Shown here in pieces: positions 34,912 to 45,700 of a stretch of DNA of 64,000 nt. The translations under genes and the position numbers were made by a program. The DNA is from Cyanophora paradoxa CCMP329. Its lineage: Eukaryota > Plantae > Glaucophyta. Position 1 is the first letter of the stretch, and each line of letters opens with the position of its first letter. The notes beneath the pieces are model-generated. The model had not been told where the DNA came from. It did not search any database and saw nothing but the letters and a program-made list of their open reading frames with translations. Where the stretch lies: NCBI GenBank assembly GCA_004431415.1, contig QPMI01000416.1:434001-498000 (forward strand). Direction: 5' to 3'.

Positions 34912-37655
34912 ATGGCTTTTCAACCCGCAGCACCCGCTTTCGGCGGTGTGTCGCGGCCCGCTCGCTTCGCCTCGCACACGCGAAGGAACTCACGCATATG
35001 CGCAGGTACAGCTGCCACAGGGTTCTCGTTTGGTGCCGCGACCGTGCAAGCTGCGCAGCCCGCCGCGCCGGCGCCGGCGCCAGCCTCCGCGGATTTCGAA
35101 GTGCGGGTCCCAGGCTTCTCGAAGCTCAGCGCGCCGTTCGAGTCGCGCAGTCAGGCGTGCATTGGGCACAACTGGTTCGCAAAGCTCGCACGCCGCCATA
35201 GGGAGCCTGCGCCGGCTCGCCGTAGCTAACGTATGCGCGACGCGCTCGGCGGCCAGGCGCGTACGCGTCCACCCGCTCGGCGCGCGGGAGGGGCTCGGCT
35301 GGTACGTCGCGGCCGATCTCATCTTTGACGAACCACCGCCACCGCCAGCTAAAGCGAGTAGAAGCTTCAGCTTCGCGGCGACGCCGCCGCCTCCGCAGCA
35401 CTGCACAGCGGACGTCACTCTGACCCTCGTCTCGACGACCGCTTCCGCGAGTGCTCGGGCCTCCAGCCGCAACTTTGCCTTCAGCCCTCAGACGGAGACA
35501 CCGTGCGCCACCCCCTGCCCCGGCGCTTGCATTCGGAGCTGCTCCAGCAACGCCGTTTGGAGCGGCTCCAGCTGCAGCCGCGGTCAAATTCCCCTGGCCT
35601 GCTTGCAAAGCAGATGTTTCCCTGGCCATTCTGTCGACCGATCCGACATCAAATGTTTGTACTTCCTGGCGCTGCGCCTCCTTCTATAGTCAGGCCTCCA
35701 ACGAGCTGCTTTTCAACGAAGTGCGCTCCCGTACCTGTGCCTGCCCCCGCCAGCAACCTCTCGCTCATCTCCGCGCAGCTCGTGCCGCTGGAGGAACTGA
35801 GGAGCAGACGCGGAGGCTTCCTGGAGGACGACACGCTGACGATCCGCGTGTCCCTGAAGACCCCGCCCGTTCCTTCGAAGCCGCGACCGTGCGCCACCCT
35901 GCCTTTGCACAGCTCGCTCGTGCTCATTTTTTTGGATACCAGGACGCAGCCGCAGACAATTGATCTCACGCTCGACACGCTCATCGCGTCTCCGGAGCTG
36001 TGGGCGACGGTCGACAACCTTCATCGTACCCGGACCGCGCCGGCGCCTGCAGCTGACAGCGTACCCCTGAACCGCCTGAAGACGCTTGCCAAGCACATCC
36101 CATTCACGCCGCACGACTTCCGCATCGTCGTCGGCGGTCAGGTGCGCTCTGCTCCGCTCGCGTACCCCCCTCCCGCTCCGCTCCGCGTACCCCCCTCCGC
36201 CCCGCCGCCGACGCCCCGGCGCAGAGCCTCGGGGCGCACCGGGAGGTGCTGGCGCGCGGCAGCTCCTACTTCCGGAGCGGCGCGCTGGAGCACATGCGGG
36301 AGGGGCAGGAGGGCGTGCTGCAACTCGAGGAAGGGTCCCACGGGCAACCGGTGACCTTCGCGGCGGCGGAGGCGGCGCTGCGGTACATGTACACGCACGT
36401 GAGCCCCGCGGTGCCGGCGGCGGAGCTGCGGCCGCTGCTCGCGCTGGCCTGCTACTGGTACGTGGCGCTGCGCCGCCGCCGCCCCCACCGCGGCGGCGCT
36501 CGCGGCGGCTGAACCGGCGGCAGGGGCGTGCGAGGCCTGCCGTCGCTGTGTGTGGATGCCATCTTGCAGACGGTGACGGTGGCGAATGTCGTCGAGACGT
36601 TCCTCTGGGCCCACTCCCAGGTTCGCGATTGCTGTATCCGGCCCTCGTTATCTGAAGTCTTTGTGAGGGGTTGTCCTTGGCAGGGCGCGGCGGACGGGCC
36701 GGAGGGCGAGGAGGCGGTGTGGCGGCTCCTACAGGCCCGCTGCCGGGACATTGTCTCGTGGAACCTGGCACAGGTGGCGAACTGGACGCCGGCGGCCTCC
36801 TGGGAGGCGATCGACGAGCAAATTGTCTTAGAGTTCCTAGGAGGACCCAACGCGAAGCCGGGCCTGGAGAGCGTGGCACTGCTGGAGGCCTGGGCGCGGG
36901 CGCGGCATCTAATCGGCCCCGCCGACCACCTTGCGACGCTCCTACCGTCGCTGGGGGAGCTCCCCCCTGAACCAGTCTCCGGCCAAGTCCAGCGCCCGGC
37001 GGCGGCGCCCGTCGTTCCCTTCGGCGCGGCGGCCGTCGCTCACTTCACCTTCGGTGCTGCGACTCCAGCGGCGCCGCCTGTCTTCGGCGCGATCGGCCCT
37101 CAGCAGCAGCAGCCCGCAGCAGCCGCCCCCGCGAGCTCATCCGAGGCACCGGCGGCCGCCGGCTCGCCGACGCTGCTCCAGCGGCTGTGCCTCCTCGGGC
37201 TCGAGATGGGCCTCGACGCCGTCGCGGCCGCGGCGGAGCGGGAGATGGCAGAGTCCGCGGAGGGGCCCGGGGGCGGACCTGCCCTCCGCCTCCTCCTTTG
37301 GATCGACGCGCCGCGGCTCGCCTCCGTCATTCGGTCCGCGGCCGCCGCCAACCGGCCCGCCGCCAGCTCGGCCGCTGCCGCACGGGCCTGGATCCGGGCC
37401 CGCCCGAACTGCCCCGCGGAAGCCGCCGAGCAGGTCCTCTCCTCCGTGCCCTGGGCGCAGATCAGCCTGGCCGAGTACCCGGTGTACCTCCAGGACCCCG
37501 TTCTAAAGGGGTACGCCTGCCTTGACCGGCTCCTAGCCGAGGCCCAGTACGAGCGGATGGTGCCGCCGGACCAGCACGGGAAGCGCCCCCCTGTCAGCGA
37601 CGGCTCGCTGGCCGAGGCCGAGAGCGCGTGGAAGCGTGTCCGCACCGGCGAGTAG
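34912..37655 (+). CDS. MATH-BTB/POZ(-BACK) protein, copy 2 (inverted paralog of copy 1)
   Basis: Same exon/intron layout and motifs: FEVRVPGFSK...HNW|RVRVHPLGAREGLG, FLEDDTLTIRVSL, HDFRIVVGGQ|SLGAHREVLARGSSYFRS, VPWAQISLAEYPVYLQDPVLKGY...WKRVRTGE*. Confidence 0.9.
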
Positions 37656-38151
37656 TCGCCCTAGGCCTGCAGCCCTGGCTATAGCTAGCAGCAGTGCTAG
37701 TTCGAATTCCTTTCTTTTGGCGCGGGTCTAGGGCCCACTTCTTTCGGATTTCCTGCACCAGCGAGTAGCCCTGCAGAATTCGAAGGAACTCTCATCGATT
37801 CCATCTCAGTTTCAGTTTCCCCTAGCCAGCATTCCTAGTGAGCTCACAGATTCATACCGTTTCAAATTCAATACATCTAGATCCAGTAACAAGCTTAAGA
37901 GCGATACCTCTAGATCGAGTTTCAAGCTAAGAGCGATACGATCAATGTCCGGCGAATCGCATATAATTGCAATACTGTGACGTAAGCGCTAAAATCGACG
38001 TCCAGGATCATAATTTGGAAAAAGGAATTCGAAGCATATGAAGCAACACTGGGGCGCTGAAGAAAATAAGTTACGCTGGCACTGGTGAAAATAATCTACT
38101 TAGGTTCAAGCTCAAGGCTGATACCTCTCTATCTGCGTGAACCTCACGTGG

Positions 38152-39736
38152 TCAAGCGGCCTCGGCGGGCGGGGCGGGCCCCTCGTTGAGCGGCCGGCCG
38201 GGCGTCGGCGCCGGCACCGGCGCCCGGGGCGTGGGGGCTACCGAATTGGACGCGCAGCGCCGCGAGGGGGGACGCTCGCGATCCAAAGGGCCTCCGCCCC
38301 CGCCCGACTGGATCCGTGGCCGCGGGGGGCGCTTGCAAGAGGCAAAGCGGCGGCGGAGGGCGGGGAGCAGGGGGGCGAGGGCGGCCGCGATCGAGACGGC
38401 CACCGCCGCCGCCGCAACGATAACCTACGTGAAAGCAAAGAGCGAGCCCGGATAAGCCATTGGATTTGCGTTAGGGCGCAGGCTTAGGGGGCGGTCACCA
38501 TTGCACCCGCGGCGTCGGCCTCCGAGAGGGATCGCCGCTGGAAAGCGAAGGCCAGCGAGTAGAAGGCGAGCTGCGCGGCCGACGCGAAGACCTCCACCGC
38601 GTTGCCCGCCGGCACGACGTGCGGCCGGCTCCACGAGACATAGAGGAGGAAGGCAAGCTTTTCGGGGGGGGTACGAGTTGTTAGGATCTAAATATAGACG
38701 AGCGGGGGGTGGGGTGGGGGGTACGGCTACCTCGAGGAGGCCGAGGGCGAGGAGGGAGGCGGGCCCGGGTGCCAGGAGGGCGAGGCAGAGTGCCAGGTAC
38801 TTCAGCTGCCGGAGCGCCCCGCAGAGATACGCGTACCGCTGCGGCGAAAAAATTCGGAGAAAATTCAGCGAACGTTCTCCGAGCTCACCTTGTAGCGGTA
38901 CCCCAGGAACAAGAAGTGGAGGTTCGGAAGGAAGTCGAGCCGGCGGATGCGGCGGGCCAGGCGGCCGAGGGGGGTACGCGCCGGCGCCTCGGGATTCCCG
39001 GCCGCGCCGGCACCCGTACCCGTCCCCGGGGCGCCGGGGGCGGCGGGTACCCCGAGAAAGAAGGCGGCGGAGGGGCTGCGGGCCAGGGAGGGGCGGCTAG
39101 CGACGAAGGAGCGGGCGAGGGAGGCCGAGGAGGAAATGCGCGAGCGGGGCCGTGGCGCGCCGGCGCCGGCGCCGCCCTCGTACCCCTCTAGATCTTCCGC
39201 CCCCTCGCCGGCGCGATCTCCGGCCTCGCTGGGGGCGCGGCTCGTCCCGCGGGACGCCCCAAAGTGGATCGAGACGTCGTCCGGGGCCCGCTCGCCCCCG
39301 TACCCCCCCTCCCCCTCGGATCCGGAGCTCTCCTCGGCGTGTACCCCGCCCGCCGCCGCGTCGCGGTCCAGCTGCCACTCGCCCTCTGCGCGGCGAGCCG
39401 TAAGCTTAGCCGAGGCGGAGGGGGATCGGATTCGGAGGGCAGGGCACAAGTACTCGCCTGCGCGGAACGAAAGGGCGCGGGCAAGGACGGCGGCGCGGCC
39501 GGCGGCGGCTCGGAGCAGGTCCCGGGCGCTGCGGGGGCGGGCCAGCGGCAGCTGCAGCTGCTGCTGCTGCGGCGGCGGCGGCGGCGCGTCCAAGGCCGAA
39601 GAGAGGCCGGGACCCAGACCGGGCCCGGCCTCGTCCTCCCGGGTGGCGAGCTCCAAGGAGCCTGGCCGGGATTCGGCCAGCGAGCGCGCGAAGCCGAGGC
39701 TGCGGCTCGTGGAGGGGCCGCTGGACGGAAGGGGTA

Positions 39737-39767
<31 letters not shown>

Positions 39768-42700
39768 CGGCCCGCCTCCGCCGCTGCTAGCGCTAGCGCC
39801 GCGAGGCGCGAGGGGGCGCCGGGAAGCTTCGGGGGCGAGGGCGCCCGGCGCCGCCGCCCCGCGGGGGCTCGACGGCGCCGAGGCGGCGGCGGCGACTGCC
39901 GCCTTCTCCATTGCTGCGTTCGCTGAGCGGGGCGAGGCCGAGGCGGAGCGCGGCATGGGCCGCAGCCGCGCCGTCGACGGCGCGCTCGCGCTCGGTGCCT
40001 TCTCCTTTGCATCGGTCGGGTCCAGCAGGAAGCGGACGGAGGGAGAGCGGGGGAGGGGCCCCGGCGCGAGCTGGCGGGGGGCGTGACGGGCTCTCCCGCG
40101 CCGGCTGGGGACGGCACTTCCAGAGCCCCGGCGGCGGCGGGGGCGGCGGCGAGGGCGGCGGCGGCTGCGGCGGCGGCCCTGCCGCGTCTGCCTCCGCCTC
40201 TGATTCGCTGAAGCCGTGGAAGCGCACGGAGGGGGGGCGCGGCGCCGGGCGCCGGGCCGGGCGGCCCGGGCCGTCCGCGTCCTCGGGGGGTACATGTACG
40301 AGGAGCGCGCCCAGCTTGGGGCTGGCAGACGCGGAGCGCGGCAGGGGCCGCAGCAGGCGATCCCCCTTGCCCCCCGACCCCTCCGCCGCGGGGGCCGCGG
40401 AGCCGAACGGGGGTACAGGGCCCGAGCCTTCGGGCCCGTCCTCAAGCTCGAGCTCGGAGCCGCTAGCCGGCGGCTCGGAGCCGTCCCCGATCCGGATTTT
40501 GAGGTACCCCGCCGAGGCGGAGCGGGGGAGGGTACGGCGCGGGCGGCCGCGCGCCGTCGGAAGCGGCGTCTCGGCCCCTTCGCGATCGTCTTCATCGTCC
40601 GATGGCGCCGCGGCGGCCGCGCCGCAGTCGGCGGGGGCGGCCTCGGAGTCGGAGGAAGGGGTACCGGTGGCGTACGCGTCCACGCGGAGCTGCAGAGCCG
40701 CGCGGATCGCACCACTGGCGTCGGCGGCGGCGGCAAGATCGATATCGATGCGGCCGCGGCCAGCGCCCCCGCGCGGGCTTCCCGGGGCAGACACGGACGT
40801 CCGCCGGTTCCCGGCCGGCGCGGGCCGCGAGCCCTCCCCTCGCTCCAGCCGCCCCACGAGCGCCTCCAGCGCGGCTTGGAGCCGCGCCAGCGAGCCGGCC
40901 CGCTCGTCCAGCACCCCGGCGAGCCGCGCGACGTCGGCGCGCCGCTGCAGGCGGCCCAGCGTCGCGCGGATGCGGCCGGCCTGGCACCCCGGCAGCGGCT
41001 CGCCGGCGGCCAGCCGCCCGCCGAGCTCGCCCAGGGCCCCCTCCAGCCGCTCGACGGCGCCGTCCTCCAGCACGAGCGGCCTGTCGGCGCGCGCCGTCGC
41101 CGGCAGCGCGGACACGAGCGACTCCAGCGTGGCCTCCAGGCGGCCCATGGCACCCTCGCGTGTCGTGAGGCCGCCCCGCAGCCGCCCTGCCGCCGCCGCC
41201 GCCGCCGCCGCCGCCTCCGCCTGGGGCTCCTTCCTCCCCGCCCCCGGGTACAGGCTCGCCATGGCTTCCAGCCGGCCCAACGACTCCCCTCGGGCCGTCA
41301 GGCTCGCCAGCAGTCGCCCCAGCGGCGAGGCGGGCCCCGCGCCGGCCTCGCCCTCGCCCTCGGGCTTGGGCTTGAGCTTAAGCTTGCGGCCCGGCTCTGG
41401 GCGCTGGATGGGCGGTAGGCGCCGCGGACTGCGGCGGGGCGTGAGGCCCTCGCCGCCCTCGCCGTGGGGCGAGGGCGGGGCGAGGCCGGAGGGCGAGTCC
41501 GGGGGGCTCGCCAGCGCCCCGAACGGGTGCTCGCAATCGGCTTCCTGTGAGGCCGGGCGCCGCCCGCGCGGGCTCGCCGGCTCCGACTTGGCCGCCGCTG
41601 CTGCTGCTGCTGCGGCCGCCCGCCTCCTCGCACGGCGCGGCGGGGATCCGGAAGGACCGCCGGCCTCCACTGAGAAGAAGAAGGGCTCCGGGGGGTACGC
41701 CGGCGCCGGCGCCGGCGCAGCGGTCGCGGCCGCCGCCATCTCTTCGGAGTCCTCAGCCTCGCTGGCTGAGGGGCCCGAGGCCGCCGGCTCGTCCCAGGCC
41801 CCGGCCCCGGCCCCCGAGCGCCGGCCGCCTAGCAGGTGGCCCGCCGAGGCCGACCGCGGCAGCGGCCGCCGCCGCCTCAGCGGACTCGCCCCGGGGCTCG
41901 TACCGCTCGTGCTCGATTTGCGGTCCGTCTTGACGTCGGACGCGTCCGAAGCGTCCGCGAAGCGCACGGAGGGGGCGCGCGAGCCCGCGGCGGGGTGCGA
42001 GCCCTGTAGATCTCCATCCGCCCCCTCGCCGTACGATGCCGCAGCCGCGGCCCACGCCGCGCCGCCGGTGCCCAGGAGGCGGGGGCTGGCCGACGCCGAG
42101 CGGGACATGGGGCGGCGGAGGAGGCGGCGGGCGGTGGGCAGCGGCGACGCGGCGGCGGCCTCGGCGTCCGAGTGCGCCGCCTCCTCTGCCGGCGCCTCCA
42201 CCCGCAGCTCGATCCGCGGAGGCCGCGCCGCCGGTGGCGTCGACGCCGCCCCGGCCGCCTCCGCCTCATCCCCCGCGGCGGCGCCCAGTGTTGCGCGGAG
42301 GTCCTCGAGGGCCGCGCCGCGCGCCTGGAGCCCCGCGAGGAGCCGCTGCAGCGGCCCCGCCACCTCCTCCGCCCGCCGGCGCTCCGTAAGGGACGACTTG
42401 GCGGGCGAGATGGGAGGAAGCCTAAGTCCTCCAAGCAAACGCGTAGGGGAGGCCGCGGCCGCCAGCTGCTGCTGCTGCTGCTGCTGTTCCGCGTCCGCAG
42501 CTGCCGTCTCCGTCTCCCATCCGCCGCCCTCCGTCAGCACGACGCGGCGCTCAGAAGCCGCCGCTGGCGCGGCCGAGGCGGCGGGGGGCAGCAGCCCGCC
42601 GAAGCTCGAACCCACGCCCGCCGGCGACATCGATATCGATGCCGCCTGGACGCGCCGCGGAGAGCCGGGGTTCGACGGCCGCTTGGGCGACCCCGGAGGG

Positions 42701-45700
42701 GTACCGGTGCCCAGGCCCAGGCCCGAGGGCGGCGCCCGCCTGCGCGCCTCGCCCCGCTCGCGAGCTCGCGACCGTTCCCCTTCGGAGGCTTCGCCGCGGC
42801 GGGAGCGCGACGTCAGCGGCGCGAATTCGAAGTCGGCCGGCCCCTCCTCCTTCTCCTCCTCTGCCTCCGCCTCCTCTGCTGCCGGCGCTGCGTACGCCCG
42901 GGCGCGGCCGGCCGCGATCGCGATCGCGAGGCCCGGCGGGTGGCGCGGCGACGCCGGCTCGGACCAGAGCGGCGATCCGTCCGCCGTCCGCACGGGCGAG
43001 AGCGAGACGACGTTGAGGGGCGAGCCGGGGAGCGCCGGGGACGAGGTGCCCACCGGCGGCGTCCCGGCGCGCGCCGCCGGTTCGGGCGGGGCGCCGGCGC
43101 CTTGAGCCTTGTAATTGGAGAGGCGGCCGGCTGCCAGAACCAGCTGTGCAGCCGAGCGGAGGCTTACGGGCCGGGCGCCAGCGCCGCCCTGCGCAAAACA
43201 TTCAGTCGAAAGTTTCAGTTGACAAGAAGCGCAAAGTACCGGTACCGTCGGCCGCTGTGGCTGCAGGAAAATCGCCCGCTTCAGCTTGCCCACCTGCGCA
43301 TGCGGACCAATTAATCAAAACTCGAAGGAAGATGCGGGGGCGAAGAAGGAGGGGGGTACACGTGCGCGCCCTGTGGAGGAGGTACCAGGCCAGGGCGGCA
43401 AGGTGAAGGCCGGGTACAAGCGCGAGGAACACGGCCGCACCGGCCACGTGCGGGGCCGAGCCCGTCCGCAGGACGCCCGCGCTGCTGAGGCAGACCCCGG
43501 GGTACGTGGCGATTCTGGGGTTGTGTGCGGCGTCAGATGCGAACGAAACATTTCAAGAAATTAAAGAAAGCTGGCTTGGCGCACAGGCACATCGTCTCCG
43601 CACGGCCGGGGTCGAGGGCTGCGGACGCTCTCAGGCCCCGGGATCGGGGCGCGCACACGCGCTCGATGCGTACCCGGGATGCGCTCGATGCGGCGCGGAT
43701 CGGGAGCCGGCCCCCCGGCGGCGTGGCGGCGGCGGGCGCGGCGCCAGCGGATCGCGACGAGGGCGAGGCGGGCGATGGGCCGCGCGATTGCGACGGCCGC
43801 CAGGAGGCAGAGCGAAAGTGCGAGTGTGTTGAGCCAGCGGGCCGTGGCGCAGGCCACCGCCGCGGGGGCGTCGGACCGCGCCGCCACGTCGGAGCGGAGC
43901 TGGCGGCGGCGGGATGCGGATCCAGAGCCCGAGACGGCGCCGTTTGCGGCGCTGACGGGGCCGCCGCCGCCCAGCACCGCCCACGACATGCTGTCCGCGA
44001 AGCTCTTGTACGCGGGCGGGAGAAGCTCGGAGTCCAGGTCGCCTGCCCCGACTCATGATTAGACGTTCGACGGCACGCGCGCCACATTTCCGACGGAAAT
44101 TCGAGTCTACGCACCGGTGAGGGCGAGCCACTGGACGACGTTGAGCAGGCTGAAGGCGGCGGTGGTCGCGGCGGAAGTGGCGACGGACGCGGTCGTGGAC
44201 GCGAGCGACGTGGCGACGGACGCGCCCGACCCGACGGCGCTGACGGCGACCGTCACGCCCACGGCCGCGCCGGCCGCCGCCGATGCCGCCTTGCCCAGCG
44301 CAGGGGCTGCGAGGCCACGTCAGATCTAATCACGAAGGCATCCAAGAAAAGGAGAGTGAGAAATTACCGTTCTCCGCAACGGCGGCTGCGGCTGCAGATG
44401 CGGGGAGCGGAGTCGACGTTTCCATGAGGGTTTCCGTCCAAAAGCGAGGCGAGACCGCGACGACAGAGCCCAGAGAGTCGCCGGGCGCGGCGATCGAGAC
44501 AGAGCAGACGTACGACACGTTCGGCGCGAGGCCCGTGACCGGAAGCGTCAGCGATACCGACGGCGGCACGGACGAGAGCGACACCGTGGCGCTCCACACC
44601 GGCGCTGCGCCCTGCAAGGACGCGCAGGACGCGGACAAAGCTGCGCCGGATCCCGAGACTGACAAGGCGCCGCTGTCGGTTCTCGGAGCGAAGGCGACAA
44701 CAAGGATGGCTGTCGTCGCCGACATCGGCTGCACTGAAACGGAGAGGACACGAACCGCATCGCCGCCGACAACTGGAGGAGGGGAGCTGGGTGATGTAGA
44801 TGCAGTCGGAGTGACGGAAGGAATGTCAATTGACCGATTACCGGTTGGAACACTCAAAGCCCCCGATGACGGGCTGGGCGACGGGCTCGGGCTCGGGCTC
44901 GCAGTCGGCGTCGGGCTGGGCGACGGGCTCGGGCGCGGGCTCGCAGTCGGCGACGGGCTGGGCGACGGGCTAGGGCTCGGGCTCGCAGTCGGCGACGGGC
45001 TGGGCGACGGGCTCGGGCTCGGCGTCTCCGTCGGCGACGGGCTGGGCGACGAGCTCGGGCTCGGGCTCGCAGTCGGCGACGGGCTGGGCGACGGGCTCGG
45101 GCTCGGCGTCTCCGTTGGCGACGGGCTGGGCGACGGGCTCGGGCTCGGCGTCGCAGTCGGCGACGGGCTGGGCGACGGGCTCAGGCTCGGGCTCGCAGTC
45201 GGCGACGGGCTGGGCGACGGGCTCGGGCTCGGGCTCGCAGTCGGCGACGGGCTGGGCGACGGGCTCGGGCTCGGCGTCTCCGACGGCGACGGGCTGGGCG
45301 ACGGGCTCGGGCTCGGGCTCGCAGTCGGCGACGGGCTGGGCGACGGGCTCGGGCTCGGGCTCGCAGTCGGCGACGGGCTGGGCGACGGGCTCGGGCTCGG
45401 CGTCTCCGTCAGCGACGGGCTGGGCGACGGGCTCGGGCTCGGGCTCGCAGTCGGCGACGGGCTGGGCGACGGGCTCGGGCTCGGGCTCGCAGTCGGCGAC
45501 GGGCTGGGCGACGGGCTCGGGCTCGGGCTCGCAGTCGGCGACGGGCTGGGCGACGGGCTCGGGCTCGGGCTCGCAGTCGGCGACGGGCTGGGCGACGGGC
45601 TCGGGCTCGGCGCTCTCGGCGACGGGCTGGGCGACGGGCTCGGGCTCGCAGTCGCGACGGGCTGGGCGACGGGCTCGGGCTCGGGCTCGCAGTCGGCGAC

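Noticed and set aside
2093-37655. Functional proteolysis cluster (HECT, RING, two MATH-BTB, ClpC)
   Set aside because: These are large, common families acting in different compartments, so co-location is plausibly chance.
39911-43105. 1064 aa + strand ORF
   Set aside because: It is the antisense shadow of a GC-rich exon and has no domain signal.
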